A DNA stretch of 64,000 bases. Origin: Deltaproteobacteria bacterium. GTDB lineage: Bacteria; Myxococcota_A; UBA796; SXON01. A program made the translations under genes and the position numbers. The stretch lies in NCBI GenBank assembly GCA_947490345.1, contig CANLGL010000002.1:64598-128597 (forward strand), read 5' to 3'. Within the stretch, counting starts at the first letter, position 1. Each line of letters begins with the position of its first letter. Positions 35,741 to 44,275 of the stretch are shown here, in pieces. The notes below the pieces were generated by a model that saw nothing but the letters and a program-made list of their open reading frames with translations, had not been told where the DNA came from and ran no database searches.

Positions 35741-36463
35741 ATGGCCATCCCTGCCCACGTCGCGATCATCATGGACGGAAATGGCCGCTGGGCCGAGTCC
35801 CGCGGCCTGCCGCGCGTCAAAGGCCATGAGGTCGGCGCGGAGAGCGTCTCGGCGGTCACGACGGCCTGCCGCGAGTTGGGCGTCTCGGCGTTGACGCTCT
35901 ACAGCTTCTCTACCGAGAACTGGAAGCGTCCCGAGGACGAAGTTGGTGCTCTGATGGGGCTTTTGGCGCGCTATCTTGTGCAGGAGCGCCGCGAGATTCT
36001 TGACAACGGCATCCGCCTGGGCGCGGTCGGTCAACTGGATCGACTGCCGCTGGCGGTGCGGGCCGCGCTTCGAGAGTTGATGCACGCGAGTCGCGACAAC
36101 ACCAAAATGACCTTGACGCTGGCGCTGTCGTACGGGTCGCGCCAGGAGATGGTCGAGGCGGCGCGCGCCCTGGCCAAGAAGGCGGCGTCGGGGCGGCTGC
36201 GGCCCGAGCACATCGATGAGAAGAGCTTCGCAGCGGAGCTGCAGACGGCCGGCCTCCCGGACCCAGACCTGCTCATCCGAACGAGCGGTGAGCTGCGTTT
36301 GAGCAACTTCATGCTGTGGCAGCTCGCCTACGCCGAGATCTACGTGACGGATACGCTGTGGCCGGACTTCCGGCGACCCGAGCTCGAGGCCGCCTTCGCT
36401 GCCTTTGGGGCCCGCGAGCGGCGCTTCGGAGCCACGGGTGTTCAGGTCCGGTCGGGGGCCTGA
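35741..36463 (+). CDS. uppS: undecaprenyl diphosphate synthase
   Basis: ATG 35741; the track start 35660 lies inside repeat E. Contains HVAIIMDGNGRWA and LLIRTSGELRLSNFMLWQLAYAEIY. Confidence 0.93.
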   Translation: MAIPAHVAIIMDGNGRWAESRGLPRVKGHEVGAESVSAVTTACRELGVSALTLYSFSTENWKRPEDEVGALMGLLARYLVQERREILDNGIRLGAVGQLDRLPLAVRAALRELMHASRDNTKMTLTLALSYGSRQEMVEAARALAKKAASGRLRPEHIDEKSFAAELQTAGLPDPDLLIRTSGELRLSNFMLWQLAYAEIYVTDTLWPDFRRPELEAAFAAFGARERRFGATGVQVRSGA

Positions 36464-37269
36464 TGGGTCTGCGCCTGGCTTCGGGGCTCATCGGGCTCGC
36501 CGTCGTCCTGCCGATTCTATTTTACGGCGGCGTCGGGGTGTCGCTTCTGGTAGCGTTCGTGGTTGTCGTGGCGATGGACGAGTGGGCCTCGATGACGACG
36601 AGGGACCTGCCGGGGGCGCGCTCGCGGGCCAGGGCGTTGCTCATCCCGGCGGGGCTGGCCGTGCACGTCGCGGTCACCCACGGCCCCGAATCGGCGCGGG
36701 TGGCCGCGGTTGCGGCGGCGGTGATGCTCGGCATGCTGGTTCCGATGTTCGGGGAGTCCAACGTAGGCAAAGCGGGCACCGAGGCGGTGCGCAACGTCAC
36801 CGGTCTGGTCTATGCACCGTTGTGTCTGGCGCCGCTTGTCGCGCTCCGTGGCCGCGAGGACGGGATCTGGATGCTGCTTTACCTTTTTGCCGCGACCTGG
36901 CTGGGGGACACCGGGGCTTACTTCGCGGGGCGCGCGTTCGGAAGGACGCCGCTCTTCGCGCGCGTGTCCCCCAAGAAGACGCTGGAGGGCGCGGTGGGCG
37001 GGCTCGTGCTGTCGGGCGTCGGCGGGTTCGTTTTCGCCAAGGTGGGCCACCTGCCCTTCGGCGTTTGGGAGTGCATTCTCCTCACGATGGTGCTCGACGT
37101 GATGGGCGTGCTCGGCGACCTCGCCGAGTCACTTCTGAAGCGCGCGTGGAACGTGAAGGACTCGGGCTGGATCATGCCCGGTCACGGGGGAATCCTCGAT
37201 CGGGTTGATTCGTTGTGTTTCACCGCCCCGGTGCTGTGGCTGTGGTTGGCGTACCGAGGAGGGGGCTGA
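36463..37269 (+). CDS. cdsA: phosphatidate cytidylyltransferase
   Basis: ATG 36463 forms a TGATG overlap with the uppS stop. Multiple TM segments. Signature SLLKRAWNVKDSGWIMPGHGGILDRVDS. Confidence 0.9.
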   Translation: MGLRLASGLIGLAVVLPILFYGGVGVSLLVAFVVVVAMDEWASMTTRDLPGARSRARALLIPAGLAVHVAVTHGPESARVAAVAAAVMLGMLVPMFGESNVGKAGTEAVRNVTGLVYAPLCLAPLVALRGREDGIWMLLYLFAATWLGDTGAYFAGRAFGRTPLFARVSPKKTLEGAVGGLVLSGVGGFVFAKVGHLPFGVWECILLTMVLDVMGVLGDLAESLLKRAWNVKDSGWIMPGHGGILDRVDSLCFTAPVLWLWLAYRGGG

Positions 37270-39017
37270 TGGCGTTTTCCGGCGTGGCCCAGTCGATTCT
37301 GGCCGTTGTCGTCATGGTCGGAACCCTGGTGCTGATTCACGAGAGCGGCCACTTCCTCGTCGCCCGGTTCTTCGGGGTGACGGTGAAGGTGTTCTCCATC
37401 GGGGTCGGCGCACGCGCGTTCGGCGTCCGGGTGGGGCACACCGACTACCGGGTGTCCTGGCTCCCGATCGGCGGGTACGTCCGCTGGGTCGGCGCGGACG
37501 CGTTCTCCGACGGCGGGGACGAGGACGGTGAGTCGGTCGATGAGCGAGGCTCGTTCATGGCCAAGCCGGCCTGGCAGCGCCTGCTCATCGTCGCTGCCGG
37601 TCCCGTCACCAATCTCATCCTGCCGCTCTTCGTATTCAGTGCCCTTTTCCTGTGGGGCGAGCCACAGTGGCGTGCGGACGTCGGCTATGTCGTGCCCGGC
37701 AGCGCGGCGGAGGCGGCTGGGGTCGAGCCGGGTGACCGGATCGTCGCCGTCGGGACCGTCGCGACCACGACGTGGGTCGATGTGGCCGAAGCAATGGAGG
37801 CGCAGTCGCCCGACGTGAGCGTGCCGCTGGGCGTCGAGCGCGCGGGAGCCGCCCTGACCCTCGACGTCCCCATCGCGGATGTAGACGACGTCCACCACTT
37901 CGGGGACTACGGCCTGGATCCGCGCGCCATGGACACCAGCCTCTTGGTTGACGACCCGGCATCTCCCGTCGGGCGGGCCGGCTTGCGCACCGGTGACCGC
38001 GTCCGCAGTGTCGACGGTCGCGACGTGGCGGTCTGGTCTGAGCTGGTGACCGCGCTAAAAGGCAAGACCAGGGCTCACCTCGTGGTGGAGCGCACTCGCG
38101 CCGAAGGGGGTGGCCTCCAGCGGGAGGAGCGGGCGGTCCAGGTGGACGACGCCTGGGCGCCGACGCGGTTTCCCGCCGATGACGCGCTTTGGGCCCGATG
38201 GGGCCTCGCCAACGGGATGCTGGGTGTCGCGACCATAGGTCCGCTTCCCGATGACACGGCCTCGCCGGCGCAGTGCCAGGGCCTCCAGATCGGGGACCGC
38301 GTTTTGCGCATCGGCGAGCGGGATGTCCGGAGGTGGGCCGACGTGACCTCCGCGGTGGCGCTTTCCTTGCCCGACGGCGGGGCACTCCAGGACAAAGCGG
38401 CGGTGGTCCCGTTCAAGATCCGCCGCGCCGGAGTGATCCTCGACCTGCAAATCACCCCCGCAGTCGTGCAGGACGTCGACGCCAACCGCCGGTACCATGT
38501 CCGGCCGATGGTCGGTTTCGGCCCGGGCGGCGCCTTCGTGTACCCGGTCGACGTGATTCGTCCGTACGGGCCAGTGGCGGCGGTTTCGCGCGCCTTCGAG
38601 GCCACGGTCGGCAGCGCGGGCCGCATGATCGAGCAGCTCGGCCTCATGGTCACGGGCGGCGCCCCGGCCAGCCAGAATCTTGGCGGCCCCATCGAGATCT
38701 TCGCCACGGCCGGTCGTGCCTGGGAAAAGGGACTGTTCGAGGCCGCTGCCACCGTGGCCCTCTTGAGCATCTCGCTCGGGGTGCTGAACCTGTTGCCGGT
38801 CCCCGTGCTCGATGGGGGGCAGATCGTGATGTATTTGGCGGAGTGGGTTCGAGGTCGCCCGCTGCCGTATCGCCTGAGGGAACGCCTGCAGCAGGTGGGC
38901 GTGCTGATGTTGGTGACCCTGTTCCTCGTCGTGAGCGTCTGGGACGTTCGTCGTCGCTTTGAGCCCGATGAGGACGCGCCGCCGGGCGAGCCCGCGGCTG
39001 CCCCCAAGTGCGCCTAG
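37269..39017 (+). CDS. rseP: RIP metalloprotease RseP (M50 site-2 protease), three PDZ-like segments
   Basis: ATG 37269 forms a TGATG overlap with the cdsA stop. HExxH motif LIHESGHFLVARFF. PDZ-like GLGF surrogates are GSAAEAAGVEPGDRIVAVG, ASPVGRAGLRTGDRVRSVDG and ASPAQCQGLQIGDRVLRIGE. The C-terminal motif is LNLLPVPVLDGGQIV. Confidence 0.9.
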   Translation: MAFSGVAQSILAVVVMVGTLVLIHESGHFLVARFFGVTVKVFSIGVGARAFGVRVGHTDYRVSWLPIGGYVRWVGADAFSDGGDEDGESVDERGSFMAKPAWQRLLIVAAGPVTNLILPLFVFSALFLWGEPQWRADVGYVVPGSAAEAAGVEPGDRIVAVGTVATTTWVDVAEAMEAQSPDVSVPLGVERAGAALTLDVPIADVDDVHHFGDYGLDPRAMDTSLLVDDPASPVGRAGLRTGDRVRSVDGRDVAVWSELVTALKGKTRAHLVVERTRAEGGGLQREERAVQVDDAWAPTRFPADDALWARWGLANGMLGVATIGPLPDDTASPAQCQGLQIGDRVLRIGERDVRRWADVTSAVALSLPDGGALQDKAAVVPFKIRRAGVILDLQITPAVVQDVDANRRYHVRPMVGFGPGGAFVYPVDVIRPYGPVAAVSRAFEATVGSAGRMIEQLGLMVTGGAPASQNLGGPIEIFATAGRAWEKGLFEAAATVALLSISLGVLNLLPVPVLDGGQIVMYLAEWVRGRPLPYRLRERLQQVGVLMLVTLFLVVSVWDVRRRFEPDEDAPPGEPAAAPKCA

Positions 39018-39646
39018 TCCTCCTCGATACCGCCGGCCCCGTCGTTGGGGTTGCCGCCTTCGCCGACGGACAATGCGTCGGGGTCGAGACGGCCGCCATC
39101 GTCTCCGGCGCCGACGGCTGGCTCACGCCGGCGCTCTCCCGGGCCATTGCCGCGCTGAATCGGCTTGACGGCGTTGGCGTCGTCATCGGCCCGGGCGCGT
39201 TCACCGGGCTGCGCGTCGGCCTGGCTCATGCCCTGGGTCTTGCCCTTGCGAGGGGGCTGCCGGTCTTTCCGTTGCCAACCTTGGCGGTGCGGGCCGCGGC
39301 CGCCCCCGGGCACGCGTCGGTGCTCGCGGTGTTGGACGCCCGAAAAGCTCGCTTTTACGCGCAGCGCTTCGACACTCGCGGGCTCGTGCCTTTGCCGCTC
39401 GACTCACCCCGGGACGTCGGCATCGCCTCGCTGATGGAGGGACTGCCCGCGGGGACGGTGGCGGTGGGCGAGGGGCTTGCCGTGCTGCACGACGTGCTTG
39501 TGGCGGGCGGCGTGGGGCCGGTGTCGGGCCCCGATGACCGCTACCTCCGGGCGGCTGGCCCTTCGCTGGCGATGGCCCCCCCGCAGGACCCTGCGTTGGT
39601 CGCCCCGTTCTACCTCAGGGAGCCTGACGCCGTCATCCCGACTTGA
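39008..39646 (+). CDS. tsaB: tRNA t6A37 biosynthesis protein TsaB (YeaZ)
   Basis: (V)RLVLLDTAGPVVGVAAF and VVIGPGAFTGLRVGLAHALGLA. GTG start with a 10-nt overlap with rseP. Confidence 0.85.
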   Translation: MRLVLLDTAGPVVGVAAFADGQCVGVETAAIVSGADGWLTPALSRAIAALNRLDGVGVVIGPGAFTGLRVGLAHALGLALARGLPVFPLPTLAVRAAAAPGHASVLAVLDARKARFYAQRFDTRGLVPLPLDSPRDVGIASLMEGLPAGTVAVGEGLAVLHDVLVAGGVGPVSGPDDRYLRAAGPSLAMAPPQDPALVAPFYLREPDAVIPT

Positions 39647-39672
39647 TCGGTCGCGTACGCCTCTGGTACACT
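39643..39672 (+). promoter_or_regulatory. candidate sigma70-type promoter with extended -10
   Basis: TTGATC (39643-39648), an 18-nt spacer, then TGG-TACACT (-10 at 39667-39672). AAGGAG at 39681 and ATG at 39692 follow. This is an unusually AT-rich patch for this DNA. Confidence 0.3.
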
Positions 39673-39691
39673 ACAGACTCAAGGAGTGTGA

Positions 39692-39916
39692 ATGGAACGG
39701 CACGAACTCGATCTGATCTCTCGCCTTGCCGGCAACCATGACGAACTACGGCACTTGTGGGGCCGGCATCAAGGCTTCGAAGCTCACCTGAGTCGGCTGG
39801 ACGGCGTGCATCACCCGTCCGAGGCGGAGCGCCGGGAAATCGGGAAGCTCAAGCGGATGAAGCTGCGCGGAAAGTTCCGCATGCAGGCGATTCTCGACGC
39901 GCATCGGGACGCGTAG
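39692..39916 (+). CDS. DUF465 (YdcH-like) small protein
   Basis: 74 aa: HDELRHLWGRHQGFEAHLSRLDG..SEAERREIGKLKRMKLRGKFRM. Strong RBS. Confidence 0.8.
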   Translation: MERHELDLISRLAGNHDELRHLWGRHQGFEAHLSRLDGVHHPSEAERREIGKLKRMKLRGKFRMQAILDAHRDA

Positions 39917-39975
39917 CAACAACTCTCGACTGCCAGAGCCGCGCGCGCCGGTGCCGAGGGCGATAGTCGCCCCCG

Positions 39976-40983
39976 ATGATGGGTCCGACAATTGCGGTGC
40001 TGGGTGCGACCGGGAGCGTCGGCGAGGCGCTGCTCGCGCGTCTGGCCACGAGCGCGCTGGCCAGCAGTGAGATTTTTGCCTACGCCTCACGCGCCATGCG
40101 TCGCGACACCGTGGATTTCGGCGGCCGCTCGATCGCGGTCCACGTATTGGCGGAGGCCGCAGATTCAGCGCCCAACGTGGTTTTCTCGGCGTTGCCAGTG
40201 AGTGTGGCCCAACGCATCGTTCCGACGCTGGCTGCGCGCGGCTCCCTGGTCATCGACGTCGGGAATGCCGCTGCAGGCTTCTTCGCGGGTCCACTGCTCA
40301 TGCCCGGCCTGCGCGCGATCCCTGAAGCCGACGTGGCTCGGGCGGGAGGTGCGCGCACGCCCGGCGCCGTCGGTTGGCTGCTCACCAGCGTCCTGGCGCC
40401 GCTTTTGCCGCTTGGCGCCCACACCGTCACTGGGCTGGTGAGCCTGCCCGCCAGCGCCTACGGGCGCGCCGCGATCGAAGAGCTCTCGCAGCAGGTGGTG
40501 GCGTCGTTCAACCTCCAGGATCCGCCTCGGCGCCACTTCGCGGAGGGGCTGGCCTTCGACACCCTGCCGGAAGATAGCGATGGTGGTGAATGGAGCGCCC
40601 GGGAGCTCGGTGCTTCCCAGGAAGTCTCGGAGATTTTGGGCGTGAATCCCTCGCGAATCGCGGTTCAGGTCGCGACGCAGTCTGTCTTTAGTGGCATGAC
40701 GGCGGCGCTCCACATCCGGGGGCTCGACAACGCGGAGGCCGCGGAGGCGGCGCTGGCGTCGGCGCCCGGCTTGGCGACCGCTGCGCGCCTCCGAACCCTG
40801 CGCCCGCGCAAGGTGATGGGCCGCGCCCCTGTCTATTTCGGCGGCCTGCGCGCGGATCCTGCTGGCGACGGGGTACACTTGTGGGTCGCTGCTGACAACA
40901 TCGCGGGGGCGGGTGCCGCGGTCCCCGTGGCGCTGGCGGAGTTGTTGATTGCGGCGGGGCTGACGTCTCGTCTGGAGGCCTGA
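39976..40983 (+). CDS. aspartate-semialdehyde dehydrogenase-like protein lacking catalytic Cys/His (USG-1-like position)
   Basis: 335 aa. The Rossmann motif IAVLGATGSVGEALL is present. Where Asd has PNCST, this protein has TPGAVGWLL. Where Asd has VPV..GHS, this protein has SVFSGMTAAL. Confidence 0.8.
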   Translation: MMGPTIAVLGATGSVGEALLARLATSALASSEIFAYASRAMRRDTVDFGGRSIAVHVLAEAADSAPNVVFSALPVSVAQRIVPTLAARGSLVIDVGNAAAGFFAGPLLMPGLRAIPEADVARAGGARTPGAVGWLLTSVLAPLLPLGAHTVTGLVSLPASAYGRAAIEELSQQVVASFNLQDPPRRHFAEGLAFDTLPEDSDGGEWSARELGASQEVSEILGVNPSRIAVQVATQSVFSGMTAALHIRGLDNAEAAEAALASAPGLATAARLRTLRPRKVMGRAPVYFGGLRADPAGDGVHLWVAADNIAGAGAAVPVALAELLIAAGLTSRLEA

Positions 40984-43409
40984 TGCTGCTTCTTTTGGCC
41001 CTCGCGAATGCCGCGCCGGATCACGTCGCAACCACCTTCGCGTCTGGCGCGGTCGCCGACGTGGCGGTCAGCGGGGACGAGGCCTCCGTCGCCTGGGTGA
41101 CGACGGAAGGCGAGCTGATCGTGGTGGACACCGCCACGTGGACGGCGTGGAACGTAGCAGTGGAGGGTGGGGCTACCGTCACCAGCGTCGGCTTCGCGGG
41201 AAGCACGGCCGCGCCGTCGATGTGGGCGGGGCTCAGCGATGACAGCGTGGGGGAGTGGTCGCTGCCCTCGGGTCTCGCGCCGCTGTGGGTCGCCGCGTAT
41301 CCGTTGGCAGGCGCCGCGCTCGCCGTCGAGGCGGACGGCACCTCGGTGTACGTGCTGGTCAACAGTGACACGCTCGGCCCCGCGATTCAGACCTACGACC
41401 TTGTCGCCCGAAGCACCGATGCCGAGGCTCTCGCCGAGTTCTACGACGATGGATTCGTCGACATGGGCGCCCGCTACACCGTCGACGAAACGACCGGGGC
41501 GCGCACCATCACCTACCTGTACGTCAGCCACGGCGGCGCGAAGTTGGGCCGGGTGGCGGTCTCGGCCGGTTCGTTGACCACCAGCCAGCTCAACGAGAAC
41601 GAGGGGTCGCGGGACTTCGGGGACGTCTGGGTCGACGGGGGCAGTACTACCTGGATCGCGAACGGGGACGCGCTTTATTCGTACGGCATCGTGAGCGGGG
41701 ACAGCGCCGATTTGGACGTCCTCTTCACCCTGCTCGATGGCGTGGGGGCTACCACTGCCGTGGGCGGACTCTCCACCGACAGTTGGATTGGCTTCGGCGC
41801 TGACGATGGGCTGCACCTCTACAACTACGACGGGACTGCGGTCGGCGACGCGGTCGTGACCATCGCCGACCTCGGCGGCATCAGCGAGATCGGCGCCGTC
41901 ACCGGCTACGGGTTTGTGGGCACCGCGGCGGGCCTGGCGACGATAACGGACCGCCCGTGGGTGGAGATCACCTCGGTCTCCGCCGAAACGGTCACCACCT
42001 CTGACACCGTCGAGCTCACCTTCACCAGCGATGTTGCGGGGTCGTGGACTGCGTGGCGCCAGGAACTGGGGCTTGCGAGTGCCCCCGAGGAGATCGACGG
42101 TGCGTCAGGGACGGTCGAGGCCGCGGTCCCTGGGACGGCCTCGTTCAGCCTCCCGGCGACTGATGAGGGCGCAGACGTCACCTGGCTGGTGGAGATTCGC
42201 GTGACCGAAGATGGCGGCGAAGTCGATGGCCGCGACGGCACATTCTTGACGGTGGACGACGTCCCCTCGCAGGTGGTGCTAGCTGCCGGAAACGTCACCT
42301 TCGGGGACCAGCGGGTTCTGATCGAATTCGAGGCCTTCGATACGGAGGTGGCCAGTTCCTATCAGGTCTGGATCACCACCGAGCCTTGGGAGGCGGCCGA
42401 CTACGCCACCGGCGGTCCGCTGTACGTGGGGCCGGACAAGGACCCGGGCGAGCTCACGGACGAGCCGGATGCCCTGGGCATGGTTTCGAAGGCCATCGGC
42501 GGGCTGACCAACGGCCAGATCTACTATGTGGGCGTTCGCGCCATCGACGGCGCCGACGACGCCAAGCAGGAGGGAGCCATGTCCAAGGTCATCGCAGTCA
42601 CCCCGGAAGAGACGTACTCGGTCAGCGAACGCCTGGGCATCGCCAGTTGGTGCGGGCTTCCGCTCGGCGCAGCGGGCTGGCTCGGGGCTTCCGCCGCTGT
42701 GGCGGCGGTCGTCGCGCGTCGACCCAGACGGCTCCGCAAGGCAGGCGGTGCCTCGCTGCTCGCGCTCCTCGGGGCGGTCGCGCTGGCTCCTATGCCTGCC
42801 CAGGCTCGCCCGCACGAAGACGACCTCACCTCGCGTCACTGGAACCTGGAACTGCGCTACGGCCCCTTCCTGTCCCAGGACAACGAGGTTCTGACGGACG
42901 CATTCGGGACGTCCGACAACCGCCTTTTCCGCGCCGAGCTCGGGTGGACGACCAATCTTCTCGAGGTGGATTTCAGCGCCGGCCTGTGGAGCGACGAAGG
43001 GGGTCAGGCCTCGGCCAGCGGCGCCACTTCGAGCGACAGCGAAACGATCACGGCCGTGCCCTTCGGCCTGGACGCCACCCTTCGCCTGGACTTCGCCAAG
43101 GAACAACCGGTCGTCCCCTTCGTCCGCGCCGGGTTCGACCTTTGGCTGTGGAACGACACCTGGGTCTCGAAGTACGACGACGACGGCGGCGGCGAGACCA
43201 CCTCGGGATCGCCCGGATGGCACTGGGGCGCGGGTCTTTGCCTCTTGCTCGACAGCCTCGACCAGGGCGCCGCCAGCCGCCTCGAGACCGTCGTGGGTGT
43301 CAACGACAGCTACCTCGTGGCCGAGTATCGGCAGAGCTACGACCTCGGCTCGGAGAGCCTGGACTTCACCTCGACCGAAGTGACCTTCGGGCTCAAGTTC
43401 GACTATTGA
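40983..43409 (+). CDS. large secreted repeat/FN3 protein with internal MYXO-CTERM-like anchor fused in frame to a signal peptide plus OM beta-barrel domain
   Basis: 808 aa; the ATG forms a TGATG overlap with the upstream stop. The N-terminal region is beta-rich. An FN3-like segment reads SYQVWITTEPW..GLTNGQIYYVGVRAIDG. Next comes SWCGLPLGAAGWLGASAAVAAVVARRPRRLRK, then GGASLLALLGAVALAPMPAQA/RP. The last roughly 200 aa are an amphipathic beta pattern ending EVTFGLKFDY. Confidence 0.8.
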   Translation: MLLLLALANAAPDHVATTFASGAVADVAVSGDEASVAWVTTEGELIVVDTATWTAWNVAVEGGATVTSVGFAGSTAAPSMWAGLSDDSVGEWSLPSGLAPLWVAAYPLAGAALAVEADGTSVYVLVNSDTLGPAIQTYDLVARSTDAEALAEFYDDGFVDMGARYTVDETTGARTITYLYVSHGGAKLGRVAVSAGSLTTSQLNENEGSRDFGDVWVDGGSTTWIANGDALYSYGIVSGDSADLDVLFTLLDGVGATTAVGGLSTDSWIGFGADDGLHLYNYDGTAVGDAVVTIADLGGISEIGAVTGYGFVGTAAGLATITDRPWVEITSVSAETVTTSDTVELTFTSDVAGSWTAWRQELGLASAPEEIDGASGTVEAAVPGTASFSLPATDEGADVTWLVEIRVTEDGGEVDGRDGTFLTVDDVPSQVVLAAGNVTFGDQRVLIEFEAFDTEVASSYQVWITTEPWEAADYATGGPLYVGPDKDPGELTDEPDALGMVSKAIGGLTNGQIYYVGVRAIDGADDAKQEGAMSKVIAVTPEETYSVSERLGIASWCGLPLGAAGWLGASAAVAAVVARRPRRLRKAGGASLLALLGAVALAPMPAQARPHEDDLTSRHWNLELRYGPFLSQDNEVLTDAFGTSDNRLFRAELGWTTNLLEVDFSAGLWSDEGGQASASGATSSDSETITAVPFGLDATLRLDFAKEQPVVPFVRAGFDLWLWNDTWVSKYDDDGGGETTSGSPGWHWGAGLCLLLDSLDQGAASRLETVVGVNDSYLVAEYRQSYDLGSESLDFTSTEVTFGLKFDY

Positions 43410-43492
43410 TCTGAAAGGGGGAAGGAGCCTGCGGCCCCTTCCCCTACCGCGCCATTCCCTCCGGCCTCCAACCTGCGCGGTCCCCAATGCCG
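43410..43492 (+). repeat. intergenic repeat family, copy F (internally deleted, about 80 bp)
   Basis: Reads TCTGAAAGGGGGAAGGAGCC-TGC-GGCCCCTTCCCCTACCGCGCCATTCCCTCCGGCCTCCAACCTGCGC and then GGTCCCCAATGCCG. The latter matches the AGTCCCCCATGCCG block of copies B and D, and its ATG is the truA start. Confidence 0.8.
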
Positions 43493-44239
43493 ATCTACCG
43501 TCTGGTCATCGAGTACGACGGTCGCGCGTTCTCGGGTTTTCAGATGCAGGCTGGTCACCCGACGGTTCAGTCGACGCTGGAGACAGCTCTGGCGACCCAT
43601 TTCGGCGTGGAGCGAGTGATCGTACATGGGAGCGGACGTACGGACGCTGGCGTGCATGCGTTGGGCCAGGTCGTGACGTTCCGAGCAGACGTCGAACGGG
43701 ATCCCAATCGGGTGCGCATGGGCCTCAACAGCGCGTTGCCGAACGAGTTGTCGGTGGTGGCGGCCGATATCGTCCCCGATGGTTTCCACGCGCGGATCTC
43801 AGCGATCGGCAAGACCTACCGGTACCGAATCTTGGAACGCCGGGATCGCAGTCCGTTTTCCATCGGCTTCGCCCTGCAGGTCAAGCGTCCGCTGGATTGG
43901 GCCGCGATTGACGCCGCGCTGCCGGCCCTCGTCGGCACCCATGACTACACGTCCTTCCGGGGAGCAGGCTGTAGCGCCAAAACAGCGGTGCGCACCATTG
44001 ATCGGGCCGAGCATCGGGACCTGGGCGGCGGCGAGCACCACCTGCTCTTTCACGGCAACGGCTTCCTCCGTTACCAGGTTCGCCGCATGGTGGGCACGCT
44101 GGTGGAGATCGGTGAAGGACGCCGGGCTTCTGGCGATCTCGCGCTGATTCTCGCGGCGAAGGATCCGCGCCGGGCGGGTCGGACCGCCCGTGCTGACGGC
44201 CTGTACCTGGTGTCGGTGGATTATCCAGAAACGCGGTGA
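43487..44239 (+). CDS. truA: tRNA pseudouridine(38-40) synthase
   Basis: MPIYRLVIEYDGRAFSGFQMQ, GSGRTDAGVHALGQV and FLRYQVRRMVG. Confidence 0.95.
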   Translation: MPIYRLVIEYDGRAFSGFQMQAGHPTVQSTLETALATHFGVERVIVHGSGRTDAGVHALGQVVTFRADVERDPNRVRMGLNSALPNELSVVAADIVPDGFHARISAIGKTYRYRILERRDRSPFSIGFALQVKRPLDWAAIDAALPALVGTHDYTSFRGAGCSAKTAVRTIDRAEHRDLGGGEHHLLFHGNGFLRYQVRRMVGTLVEIGEGRRASGDLALILAAKDPRRAGRTARADGLYLVSVDYPETR

Positions 44240-44275
44240 ACGGGCGGCAGCGCGGAGCTCGATGCCGGGCGCCGG

